Translations under genes and position numbers: made by a program
Notes under the pieces: model-generated
Told to the model about the DNA's origin: nothing
Seen by the model: only the letters and a program-made list of their open reading frames with translations
Databases searched by the model: none
In this document: piece by piece, positions 24,752 through 37,241 of the stretch
Position numbering within the stretch: position 1 is the stretch's first letter
Layout of the letters: each line of letters opens with the position of its first letter
NCBI RefSeq assembly: GCF_006345805.1
Contig: NC_043001.1
Span: 86,676,001 to 86,740,000 of the forward strand
Origin: Octopus sinensis
Taxonomy: Eukaryota
Length of the DNA: 64,000 nucleotides
Direction: 5' to 3'

Positions 24752-25409
24752 ACAAGAGGAGAGACCACACAGTGGATCCCTTATATGCTAAAAGTAATAT
24801 TTATTTCTACTCTTATTATCTTTTATCATGCTTTGCTACCTTTTATACTATCATGTTTGGTGAAATTATTCTTAAAATTATTAACTGCTTTTTAAACTAC
24901 TTATTTGATTTCTTTATGTTCGATTGAATTAATAGCCAACTCTCGCGCTCGTATGCACGCACACACACACACAAACACATACACACACACACGCGCGCAC
25001 ATGGACACACTCACGCACGCACACACGCATGCATGCACACGCACATATCATTTCGCATCAGATAAGTAATCTTGATATTTATGTACAGTCGTTACTTGTA
25101 AATGTAATCATTGAAACTACTGAGTTGTTCCCCTTACAACGTATCTATTTCCGAATGCTGAAATATTTTTAAAATTCACTCTTTTTGCAACCACATCTTT
25201 ATAGCTTGCGAATTTTAACCATAGCGGGTCGCATTCTCATAACGCATTTAGTATTCCTGCCAATTTTCAGCTCGATCCTAGCACGTCTAGTGCCATTGAA
25301 TCCTTACCAAAGCCAAAGTGTGCAAGTTTTTTTCCTCTTTTATATAGGTAGATTAGCAATTTAAGCATAACATTTTCATATACAGCCGTCAATATATATA
25401 TTACGTATC

Positions 25410-25538
<129 letters not shown>

Positions 25539-25949
25539 GTATATCCGCTCTGTGGTGTGTGTGTGTGTGTGTGTGTGGCTTCTAGGATCTCGGGCATCCT
25601 CTATCCGATTGCGCTCAGATTTGATTGTAGATACCGACGGTGTCAGGGCGTGTATAAGTTTTGAATGCGATCGATAAAGGTGAGAATGCGATCGATGGAG
25701 CCGTGGGAAATCGTTTTTCTTTGGAATCTTTATTTCTTCTTTTGCTGGTGTCTCAAATTTAGGTTAAATCAGTGTTTCTCAAAGGGGAGGCCTATGGAAC
25801 GGTCGGACAAGTTGTTTTGTAGAAAATTTGGTTAAATGTTTGACAATTCAGCACCGTCCATTGGACGGCGGGGGGCTCTTTGCTCTCATATTATAATATA
25901 TATATATATATATATATATTATCTATATATATATATATATATATATAAT

Positions 25950-26255
25950 ACAAAAAATGGGACAAGAACGCAAGGCATCAGACAGTTAGATGATTAAAAA
26001 AAGGACAAGAAAAAACAAGGACGGTCATTCGGAGTTTTCTTTACTCTGTCGAGTTTCAGATTATCTTTTGCAGTTTCGGTTGGTTATACTCGAGACTGCT
26101 CCAATCAGGCCAGCCCCAAGGAAAACCTAAGCTAAGAGCACTATATTCCTTAGAAGAAAGCAGCGAATGTATACGAAAAATAAGGACAGAAGAAACAAAC
26201 CGGAGAAATGGTACACAAATACAAATGCAAACAACAGGACATTAACAACAGGTGT
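25950..26255. repeat. Dispersed repeat (related copies at ~34820-35170 and ~35590-35750), possibly PLE terminal remnants
   Basis: Shared GGGACAAGAACGCAA..CCAGCCCCAAGGAAAA..GAATGTATACG blocks, each flanked by TA tracts. Confidence 0.6.
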
Positions 26256-26441
26256 CTTTCGACTAATATATATATATATGTGTGTGTGTATGTGTGTGTA
26301 TGTGTGTGTTAGTATATATGCATCATGTATGTATCTGTATGTATATGTATATCTATCTATATATATATCTATATATATCTATTTATATATATCCTATATA
26401 TATCTATCTATATCTATCTATCTATCTACCTATCTATATAT

Positions 26442-26496
<55 letters not shown>

Positions 26497-26500
<4 letters not shown>

Positions 26501-27222
26501 AATGTGAGGATAAAATTCTTTTCGAAAAAAATATTTTATCGAAAAAAAATTTTATCAATGCCAGCATATTAAAAAATACCTTTAACGGTTAAATTTATAA
26601 ACAATTCATAAATGAGGGCAAGGAAAAATTTTCTAATGCCAAATATGCCGAAAAATTGGACATATTGTCCATTACCCATATAATTTTTTCACAATACGCA
26701 CGCTACTCGAAAAAGGCCGACAGAAATTTCTAATAAATTCCATTATTACCATATCGGACCGATTTCAGAGTTAGCTCTAAGAGCCCTCTCTTCGTCAGTG
26801 ATACACGTGGCAAAAGAAATAAATGAGATACTTACTCATACCCATGGAAGAAGCAAATACTAAGTCACGGGCACAACTAAGTACCCCCAAATACATCCAA
26901 AAATAGAAATACTTCAGCCCATTCGAGGCACGTGTGATTTGAACTGAGGCTCTTACAGAGTGAGTTAGTAGTTCGGAAGTGAACGCTTAAATTTATATCA
27001 AATGTGAGGAAAATTCTTTTCGAAAAATATATTTTCTCGAAAAAAATTTTATCAAATGGCCAGCATATTAAAAAAATACCTTTAACGGTAAATTTATAAA
27101 CAATTCATAAATGAGGGCAAAGGAAAAAATTTCTAATGCCAAATATGCCGAAAAATTGGAATATTGTCATTAACATATAATTTTTTCACAATACGCACGC
27201 TACTCGAAAAAAGGCCAACAGA
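26497..27222 (-). mobile_element. Non-coding 500-bp partial tandem (1.45 units) carrying a hammerhead ribozyme: retrozyme-like
   Basis: 26497-26724 is repeated at 26997-27222; hammerhead at 26747-26803; TA tracts on both sides. Confidence 0.7.
26747..26803 (-). ncRNA. Type I hammerhead ribozyme, canonical core
   Basis: tatca-CTGACGA-agag[ag-g-gctc-tta-gagc-taa]ctct-GAAA-tcgg-t-ccga-TA-tggta. All three helices pair; cleavage is predicted between 26752 and 26751. Confidence 0.8.
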
Positions 27223-27265
27223 TATATATATAGAATATATAGATATATATATATATAGATATATA

Positions 27266-27296
<31 letters not shown>

Positions 27297-27581
27297 TAAT
27301 ATTAGGGAGTATAGCTCCAAACCTACAGGGAAAAATTCGATTTAGTATTAAATAAAATTTCTCAGAATAAATATATAAAATATAAATTAAAATAGGAATT
27401 GAAATATGAATTTACTTATTATATTATGTTTGTCATTCTTTTTATACTTTTTGAAAAAAAGATTATATATATATATTATACATTATATTAATTATATTTA
27501 TATTATTTGTTTTTTTATGTATTGGTTTATGTCTATCACTGTCTGAGTTGTATAATAGTGGTTTTATCTCTAATTCATATG

Positions 27582-27619
<38 letters not shown>

Positions 27620-27624
27620 TACAT

Positions 27625-27865
27625 TGTCCTGAAAGAGATCAAAGAGGAAAAGGATCCCATAACTTTAAACGGAGTCTGGATAGATTCCTTCAAAGACTAC
27701 CAGATAAGCCACCCATAATGGATACCACTAACCTAACAAGAACTCACTACTTGAATGGACCATAAACAAAACTTGACTTAACAGATTCGAATAATCCTAT
27801 CAGGGTGGTGGTATTAAGTTAGACATGGCCTGGACCAATCTTGGTCGAAACATATCTAAGATTAT
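27625..27865 (+). mobile_element. 3' end of the APE-RT LINE family found at 52467
   Basis: Matches 55190-55460, including GGTGG..ATTAAGTTAGACATGGCCTGGACCAATCTTTGGTCGAAAC. Confidence 0.88.
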
Positions 27866-27904
27866 CTATAGTATTATATATATATACTATATATATATAT
27901 ATAT

Positions 27905-30140
27905 ATGCCTGGCGTTGCTCGGGTTTGTAAGGAAATAACTATATAAGCATTTTTAGTGAGTTATAGCAAAAAAATAGCAAAATAATGCATTAAAAATGGA
28001 ATAAAAAATGATGGTAATTTCTTTTTAAATCGTGACTCAACGTAGACATTTTTAGAGAGTTACTTTCCCTTATATAATAGCGAAAAATGCATTAAAATGG
28101 AAAAATGATGGTAATTTTGTTTTAAAATCGTAGACTCATCGTAGAACGCGCGCTAATACCCAGAAGGGCTCGATATGAATCACGACTATAAGATACCGGT
28201 TTTGGTTAAACTGCACCGCAAAATGTGGGAGTAGTTAGGAATCTAAATCGTAGGAGACAGACACACAACTTCACTTTTATATATAAAGATTTGTGCAACA
28301 ACTAAAACATTCGGTTGTGCAAATTGTTTGCACAGGAAACCTGCCCTGTGTGGCGGTTTTTGCCGTTTTTGTGGATCTGTTTCAGCTTTTTTAGCGATTT
28401 CTGTTTTGGCGACTTCAAGCCATGAAGTCGTTGTTCTAAAAGAACGCTGGTCTCCTTGACAACGCTTTACGACGTTGATTTCCCTACCCTGCCTTCCCCA
28501 CAGCTTCACGAGGGAGGAGCTACACAGGTGCAGGTGCGAGCATGAACGCCAACGCCGCCACCGACACACGAAAAAATTGGAAGAACCCAGACGACAGCTT
28601 CAGCCACCACCACTACCACCATGACCACCACCACCACTACGCCCATGACCATCACCACCACCATCACGAAGACCATGACGACGACGACCACCACCACCAC
28701 CATCATCATCACCACCCCCACCACCACGACCACCACCACCAACAACAACAACAACAACACCACCACTACCACCACCACAAACACGACGAACCACCACCAC
28801 CACAAACACGACGACCACCATCGCCACCACCATCATGAAGACCACCACGACCACCACGACCACCACCATCATCAGCACCACCACCACCACCATCATCATC
28901 ACCACCCCTACCACCACCACCACCAACAACAACAACACCACGACGACCACCACAAACACGACGACCATCACGACCACGACCACCATCACCACTACCAGCA
29001 CCACCACCACCACCGCTGCTACTACCACCGCCTCCACCACCACCATAATATGCCTCTGCTCTCTCCTTTTGGCTACTAAATCCATTACCATATTTCACAA
29101 GTACCATCGCCATACAATATTGCCTTCAAAAGTTTGTGTTTGGATAAATTTTTTTAAGTAAAAGTTGTGCAACAACTAAAACATTCGGTTGTGCAAATTC
29201 TTTGCACGGGAAACCTTCCCTGTGTGGCGTATTTCCCGATTTTGTAGAATTTGCTTTCGGGCTTTCTTAGCCATTTCTGTTTTGGTGCCTTCAAGCCATG
29301 AAGTCGTTGTTCTAAAAGAACGCTGGTCTCCTTGACAGCGCTTTACGACGTTGATTTCCTTACACTCCCTTCCCCACAGCTTAACGAGGGAGGGAAGAAG
29401 GGGGAGAAGCAATTTTAAAAATATGCGTTAAAATGGAAAAAAATGATGTTAAATTATTTTTTAAATCGTAGACTCATCGTAGACGCGCGCTAATACGCAG
29501 ACGGGCTCGATATAAATCACGACTATAAGATACCCGAATTTGGTTAAACTGCACCGCAAAATGTGGGAGTAGTTAGGAATCTAAATCGTAGGAGACAGAC
29601 ACTCACACAACTTCACTTTTATATATATAGAGTAGCAGTATCACCCGGCGTTGCTCGGGTTTGTAAGGGAAATAACTATATAAGCATTTTTAGAGAGTTA
29701 CTTCCCTTATAGATGCCAATTCGGGCTTTCTTAGCCATTTCTGTTTTGGTGTCTTCAAGCCATGAAGTCGTTGTTCTAAAAGAACGCTGGTCTCCTTGAC
29801 AACGCTTTACGACGTTGATTTCCTTACACTCCCTTCCCCCAGCTTCACGGGAGGGAGGGAAGAAGGGGGAGAAGCAAACAGGTGCAGGTGTGACCATGGA
29901 CGCCAACTCCGCCGCCATCGACACACGAAAAATATGCATTAAAATGGAATAAAAAATGATGTTAGATTATTTTTAAAATCGTAGACTCATTGTAGACGCG
30001 CGCTAATACTCAGGCGGGGCTCGATATGAATCACGACTATAAGATACCCGAATTTGGTTAAACTGCACCGCAAAATGTGGGAGTAGTTAGGAATCTAAAT
30101 CGAAGGGGACAGACACTCACACAACTACAGTTTTATATAT
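27905..30140 (-). mobile_element. Cluster of non-autonomous Helitron (family B) copies and fragments
   Basis: The 5' module (AGACAGACAC..CAACTTCACTTTTATATATA) occurs x3, the 3' hairpin GGCGTTGCTCGGG x2, and the internal TTCAAGCCATGAAGTCGTTGTTCTAAAAGAACGCTGG module x3. Confidence 0.75.
28603..29050. repeat. Cryptic (CAC/CAT/CAA/GAC)n trinucleotide tract with internal duplication
   Basis: Direct reading; it is the source of the poly-His/Thr/Val ORFs. Confidence 0.9.
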
Positions 30141-30156
30141 ATATACATATAATATA

Positions 30157-30220
<64 letters not shown>

Positions 30221-30427
30221 AATATATATATATATATGCATGTATGTATGTATGTATATATATATATAATATAGATATATATATATATGCATGTATGTAT
30301 GTATGTATGTATGTATATATGTATATATACATATAATATAGATTTATATGTTTATATATGTATATATGTATATATGTATGTATATATATATATGTATATA
30401 TATATGTATATATATATGTATATATAT

Positions 30428-31330
30428 ATGGGCGGAAAAGAATAACAAATGGGCGGAAAAGAATAACATGTTGCTAAATGAAGACAAATTCGAACTGATC
30501 CACTTTGGAAGGGAGGACGCTCTGAAACTCCCATACTCTCTTCCTTCTGGAGAAATTCTCATGGCATCCAACAACATCAGAGACTTGGGAGTAACAGTGG
30601 ACAACAACATAAGCTGGGTTGCACATATAAGCAGCAAAGTTGACATGGCCCGCAGAATGTGTTCCTGGATTCTCAGAACCTTCCAGTCGAGAGATTCCCA
30701 CGCTATTATCCTTCTCTTCTCCACTTTTGCCCGACCCCACCTTGAATACTGCTGTCCACTGTGGTTGTCCCTACACAAAAACAAAATATTATGAGAATTG
30801 AAGCTCCCCAAGGTCAATCACAAAAAAGATATGGATGTCAGACCTGACTACTGGGGTAGACTTGAAGGAGAGCTAGAGAAGCTGAAATTGTATTCACTCC
30901 AACGACGCCGTGAACGCTACATTATCTGTATGATGTGGAAAATATTCCATCAGCAATGTCCGAATGATGTTGGTATCACCTTCAAAATGCATCCAAGGCT
31001 TGGACCACGTGCCATCCGTCCACAACAAAAACCTAAATCGCATCACATAACGACAATACGGCACAACTATTTCACCTCAATTGGACCCGCTCTCTTCAAC
31101 ATTACACCAGGACACGTCAAAAAAGAAACTGACCACACAAAATTCAAGAAGTCTTTGGACAAATTCCTTCAAACAGTACCGGACAAACCACCCACACCCG
31201 GATATGTCTCCGCAAACTCTCTGCTCGAATGGGCCTTGGTGCCCAAATCCTGAACTGAAAGACTTCGCCAGGTGGTGCTATTAAGTTAGACATGGCCTGG
31301 GCCAATACTGGCCAAAACCTTTCTAAGTTA
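30428..31330 (+). mobile_element. APE-RT LINE 3' fragment (subfamily related to 52467)
   Basis: KFELIHFG, RDLGV, RPHLEYCCPLW, YSLQRRRERY, PDKP; same 3' UTR motif; 21-bp tandem duplication at the 5' junction. Confidence 0.9.
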
Positions 31331-31391
31331 TTCTAAGTTATATATATATGTATATATATGTATAAAGATATGTATGTATATACGTGTATAT

Positions 31392-31422
<31 letters not shown>

Positions 31423-31645
31423 TAGAAAAGAGAGAGAGATGTATATGTAATATGTACACGTATATATATATACACATTTATACATGCATGCATATATTTA
31501 TACACACATATATATATACATATATTTATATATTTATACATACTTTATATTATATATACATACGTATATGCATACATATATTTATACATATATACATACA
31601 TACATACATACATATATATATGCCTACATATATACATATACATAC

Positions 31646-31689
<44 letters not shown>

Positions 31690-31690
<1 letters not shown>

Positions 31691-31975
31691 GGTTAAGGTG
31701 TGTTATGTGGTAAGAAACTTGGTCCCAAAACACATCGTCCTGGGTACAGTCCCATTGTGTAGTAACTTGGCATGTGTCCTCTGCAATAGCCTCAGACCAA
31801 CCAAGTGAATTTCGTAGACAGAAATTGAAAGAAGTCTATTGTTTATATATGTATATATGTAAGTGCATGTGTGTGTCTTTGTATCTGTGTTTCTCCCTCA
31901 TCACTACTTGACAACTGGTGTTGGTTTATTTACATCTCCATAACTTACTGGTTTGACAAGAAGAGACCGAATTTT
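31690..31975 (+). mobile_element. Degenerate SINE family A
   Basis: GTGTTATGTGGTAAGAA..GGGTACAGTCCCA..TTGACAACTGGTGTTGG..ATAACTTA. Confidence 0.75.
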
Positions 31976-32094
31976 GCTTGCCCAATCAATTGTATCTATC
32001 AAGCTATCTTTCTGTGTATATGTATATAATACAGACACACATACACACGCATACACACGCGCATATATACATGTATGTATATATGCATATATGT

Positions 32095-33802
32095 ATTATA
32101 TAAAAGTTAATGTCTGTATATGAATTCGGGTGTTACTTATAGACACGAAAACTACTGTACCCATTCTAATGAAATTTGGAACACAAAATCAACGCCTAGG
32201 GAGAAGTGTAATGCCGTATGCTTCATACAATTTCTTGGACCAAAATTATTGAACGTATCTTTATGATATTTGGAGCTTAGGTTCAATGCATAAGGGCGCG
32301 TATAATGCAGTATATATGCTTTGAATTTGTGGTGGCTTAGACGGGGCAGAACCCCTATGAAAATTCATAAATTTCCGATTTTGATGAAATTTCAACCATA
32401 GGTAATTGACACACATCAAGAAGTATTCCCAAAGTTTTCACTTCTCATGAGGATTCTAAGACCCCCTAATTAGCTCACAAATTTTTGTCATTTTTTATGA
32501 TCCAAAACTAGGTCAAAAGTACAGATGTAATGCAGTATATGTTTGAAGGGGCGATCATAAATGAGACCCAAACCCCCATGAAAATTCATATATTTTTGCT
32601 GTTGATGAAATTTTAATCATAGATATTAGATACAAATGAAGTAATATTCCTAGAATGTCAAATTCTTAGGGGATAGTAAGACCACTTAATGGAGGCTTAA
32701 AACCCCCGCTATTTAGTCATTTTTCCTAAGCCAAGACGAATAGAATTGTTGTCTTGGAAGCTCTAGAGTCATCCGAGCATACAAAATGAGCGCTATTTGT
32801 AATTCAATGGTACAACAGTGTAAGAGTTTGCTTTGAAATATACTTAGATTGTGATTTCTACAATGTGGTGCATAAATTGTCAAGTAAAGTAGAGGCATCT
32901 TTGCCTCCACTTATTCAGTTTTAAAGTGTTATATTGAGTAAAGTTATTTGGTTGCAGAGCTCCTTTGAGTCTTTTTATTATCACAGGGTCAGAGATAGTC
33001 CCCAGATGATAACATTGATTTCAAAGCCTTTCCAGATAAGTGATTGGTCATTCAAAGAGATTTATAGATTGCAAATTTCTTCTGTTCAGTTTCCTATCTT
33101 CTTAGTGATCGTTGGCAAACTCCAGTGGTGACACTTTCATTTCTCCTTAGCCCTCACGTCACACAGTTTTTAATGTTTATTTGAGTTGGGTCACGCCCTT
33201 CCAATTGCTGTAGATCCGTAATGCATCTTACAGCTGTGCCGGTCACCTGTATGGTGAGGAATCCTATATTGGGGAGTGATAACAATCAGGGTAAGGTAGC
33301 TGACGGCTTATTGTGATAATTTGTCTTTTGGTTTCCTGTAGCTTTGCCCTCTTTTACAAACCAAGTGAACATTCATATATTTCCGATTTCAAAGAAATTT
33401 GAACAATAGATATAAGACACAAGTTAAAAAAGATTCCTAACAATTCAACTTCTCTTGTTGACTTTAAGACCCCCGCCCCATAATAAGGGGGCCTTAATCC
33501 CCATGTTTTAGAGCTCCATGTGTTCCATGTTCTCGAGTTTTCATGAGCAAAAACGTTTGAATAGGTTTTATGAGATTTGGATTTTGTAATCTGGGCATAA
33601 AGACTAGTAGTATGGAATAAATATGTCATGATTAGAATTTTTGTTAGGGTGTGTGAAGAGGGAAAGAACCCCCGTTAAAATTCTTAATCTCCAATTTTGA
33701 TGAAATACGAATCATAGATATTCCAGTTCATTAGAGAAAATATAAAAGAAAAGTTTAATTCTTCAATTCCATATGACACGGGCAACGCCGGGTATCTCTA
33801 CT
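32095..33802 (+). mobile_element. Non-autonomous Helitron-like element
   Basis: 5' TATATAAAAGTTAATGTCTGTA..AAAACTACTG..ATGAAATTTGG; 3' hairpin CACGGGCAACGCCGGG followed by CTAG|T; internal TTGATGAAAT repeats. Confidence 0.6.
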
Positions 33803-33835
33803 AGTGTGTGTGTGTATAATCGTGCATATACATAC

Positions 33836-33927
<92 letters not shown>

Positions 33928-33939
33928 ATAATCGTGCAT

Positions 33940-33982
<43 letters not shown>

Positions 33983-34185
33983 ATATATATACTCATATAT
34001 ATATTAGGTTTGGAGATGACGTACAGGTATTTTATATTAGAAGAAATGAGGTGCTCAGAAATTCGGATGGTTTTATATTTACAGATATTTATTTGTATAT
34101 TACATGTTTTTATACATCATATATCATATATTAGCGCTTTCTCACATTCTAGTGGGGTTTTCCAATTGAACTAAGTTCTTATGGA

Positions 34186-34740
34186 TAAATTTGACCATTT
34201 TATAGTTTTATTGAGTGTGTAGTGGTGGGGAGGGATATAAGATAGTACAAGTGGGTGATGAATGGGGAGAAAGTGAGAGAGAGAGCATGTGTGTGTGTGT
34301 GTGTGTGTGGTGTGTGTGTGTGTGTGTGTGTGCATGTGTGTGTGCGTGTGTGTGTGTGTTTGTTTGTATCTGAAAGAGTTTTAAAGAAAATGAAGGAAAG
34401 GAAGAAAAGGGAGAGAAGGAAGAAGAAAAAATTGTTTTGCTGGTTTCTTTTGTAGTTGATCAGAATGTTTACTCCAAGGGGGGATCTAAGATCTTGGAGA
34501 AGAATTTGACCATTTTACAGTGTTATTGAGTGTGTAGAGGTGGGGAGGGATATAAGATAGTACAAGAGTGTGATGAATGGGGAGAAAATGAGAGAGAGCA
34601 TGTGTGTGTGTGTGTGCATGTGTGAGTGCGTGTGTGTGTGTGTGTTTGTTTGTATCTGAAAGTAGTGTTAAAGAAAAAGAAAGAAAGGAAGGAAAGAGAG
34701 AGAAAGAAGACCATAAATTGTATTTCCTTTTTATCATTTA
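34186..34740. repeat. Direct duplication, ~316-bp period
   Basis: AATTTGACCATTTTA..GGGGAGGGATATAAGATAGTACAAG..(GT)n at 34186 and 34502. Confidence 0.85.
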
Positions 34741-35764
34741 TATATATATATATATGAATTTGATATTTTCGTAATCTATTTCAATCTCCTTTATATATAT
34801 ATATATATGTATAGAAATTAAATATAAAATATAAATTACAAAGTGGGACAAGAACGCAAAAACACACAAGGAGACGACACAAAAAAACAGACGGGTCACT
34901 CGAAGCCTCTAATCTTCAGTCTGGAACCGGATCATCTTAGTAATTTCGGCTGTTTAATTTCGATATTACTCCGACCCGGCCAGCCCCAAGGAAAAACCAA
35001 GCCACAGGCATTGGATTTCTTGGAAAGAGGGTCGAATGTATACGGAACAAAAACAGGATGCCACACAAATATAAATACAAGAAACAAAAATATATATAAA
35101 AAACAGAAATAAAAAACACGAATAGTGGACAGTACAAGGACAGGAACGCCTTACGACTTTAGACAATTTTTAACTTATCTTGGCTGGCGTATATGAAAAA
35201 AGGCTTCAACAGCAAAAACGAAAACAACGTGAGCGTGGCAGCGGTCAAGCCGAAATGACCAGTTTGAACGCGGTCACGTGAGAGCACGGAAGAAAGAGAA
35301 AGAAAAAAGAAAGGCAGGGAGCAAGGAACCAAAGAGAGAGGGAAAGAAAGGGACGAAGGCACCAGGGGAGAGAGAGAGAGAGAGAGAAGGGAGTAATAAG
35401 AGAGGGGAGAAGAAACAGGATTGGCACAGCAATAGAAATGACGGTGCAAATAGGGTGGGGGAAGAATCAGAGGCAAGAAAAGAGAAAGACACATACTATA
35501 GAGAGAGTGTGTAAAGACGTCGTACAAGGTAAAAATGTGTAGTATACATAGGAGATAGGGGTACGTAACGCCGCAATAATATATGTATAGAAATCAAATA
35601 TAAAATATAAATTACAAAGTGGGACAAGAACGCAAAAACACACAAGGAGACGACACAAAAAAACAGACGGGTCACTCGAAGCCTCTAATCTTCAGTCGGG
35701 AACCGGATCATCTTAGTAATTTCGGCTGTTTAATCTCGATATTACTCCGATATATATATATATA

Positions 35765-35859
35765 TACACACAAAGTAAATGATTGCATTACTAATTTATA
35801 TATGTATATATATATATATATAAATTAGTAATGCAATCATTTACTTTGTGTGTGTATAT

Positions 35860-35911
<52 letters not shown>

Positions 35912-35959
35912 TATATATATATATATATACACACAAAGTAAATGATTGCATTACTAATT

Positions 35960-35961
<2 letters not shown>
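35765..35961. repeat. +/-/+ triplication of a 34-bp segment separated by (TA)n
   Basis: TACACACAAAGTAAATGATTGCATTACTAATTTA at 35765 (+), 35821 (-) and 35928 (+). Confidence 0.9.
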
Positions 35962-36001
<40 letters not shown>

Positions 36002-36005
36002 TATA

Positions 36006-36056
<51 letters not shown>

Positions 36057-36399
36057 GAAACAATAAGGGTTTTGCAACAAGTTGCTTGACCACATACCGA
36101 AAATTTAAGAAATACCAGCCAAAGGACTACTATTTCTTTTTCTACAAAAAATATGGTCCTTTTCCATACCGAAATACTACTAGGTGAAATTTTATTACTT
36201 AGTGGCATTTCGTCCGCCTTTACGTTCTGGGTTCAAATGGTACCGAGGTCGACTTTGTCTTTTTCTTTTCTGGGTTTATGAAATAAATAACAGTTTAGCA
36301 CTGATGCAACCGACTAACTCCGCCATCCCACCTCCCATAAAATTTCTGGTCTTGTGCTTATAGTATGGAAGATTATTCAGTAGTCTTGTTTTTATTGTG

Positions 36400-37070
36400 T
36401 GCTTCCACTACTCAACCTAGCATAGGTCTGCGTGCCTTGGGTGTAAGTTATGTTTTGTTTTGGTGTTATTCTTATCGTATTGAAATGGCTCTACATAATA
36501 TGTTTGTGGTGTCTAGCAGCGCTATTTCCTGTTTGTTATATATGTTCGTAAGTCCTAGGGGTTTTGGCTATGTATTTATCTGCAATTCTCTTTTATCGCT
36601 TCCAAAGCTCCTGTTGCTTGTGTTTTCACACCGCACATTCAGGTTATTTCTATTTCCAGATATTTGTATTGAGATAGTTTTTCCATTTTATTTAGAAATA
36701 CAGTCATCTTTTGGGACTGATATGTTGATTAGGAGACATTTGTTTGCTAGTCCGTCATAATAATATCTGGCTGATTAGCCTCGGTTTCCCTATTTGTGTG
36801 CCTTGCCATAACCCAGAGTATGGTTGTTTCGTCATTTTCTGTTACCTTTTTTTAGGTATGCCTATATGTTCTCTTTTCTGTTAGCATTCCATAAAGCTGG
36901 CACAATTTCCAGTGTAAGTCCCAAGTCTGTTATGTTTGTCGATATATTCCTTCATGTCCAAGTCTGGGCAGCCAGGGACCATATAATATTTTGTTTCTTT
37001 TCCATCACCATATATCATGTAGTTACTTACTGCATTTTGCTTTATTATGTGTTTTTCGTAGTTTCTGGTG
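36400..37070 (-). mobile_element. Decayed R4-type LINE 3' fragment
   Basis: CPDL..KEYIDKH, EKLSQYKYLEIEI and IALLDTTNIL remnants. Confidence 0.7.
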
Positions 37071-37241
37071 AGGAAACTGATCTTGTGTCGCAATTAAGAA
37101 CTTTCAATCTCTGCTTTTGACTCCCGCGCTTCTCAACCAGTGGTTTTTACTTTGTTTTTCACTTTACCTATTTCTTTTCTGTTTAGTTTATTCTAATATT
37201 TCTGATGTAGAGGCTTTTCTTGCCAAAGGTTTATCATGGTA

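Noticed and set aside
28506-29161. Poly-His/Thr/Val/Gly ORFs
   Set aside because: All frames are open because of a stop-free trinucleotide tract; there are no splice or start signals.
32740-33340. Possible captured gene or helicase fragment inside the Helitron-like element
   Set aside because: All frames are broken and no motif could be read with confidence.
34895-34960. CTGAAGA on the minus strand in the dispersed repeat (also 35690; related 26030-26090)
   Set aside because: There is no consistent GAAA or helix arrangement across the three copies.
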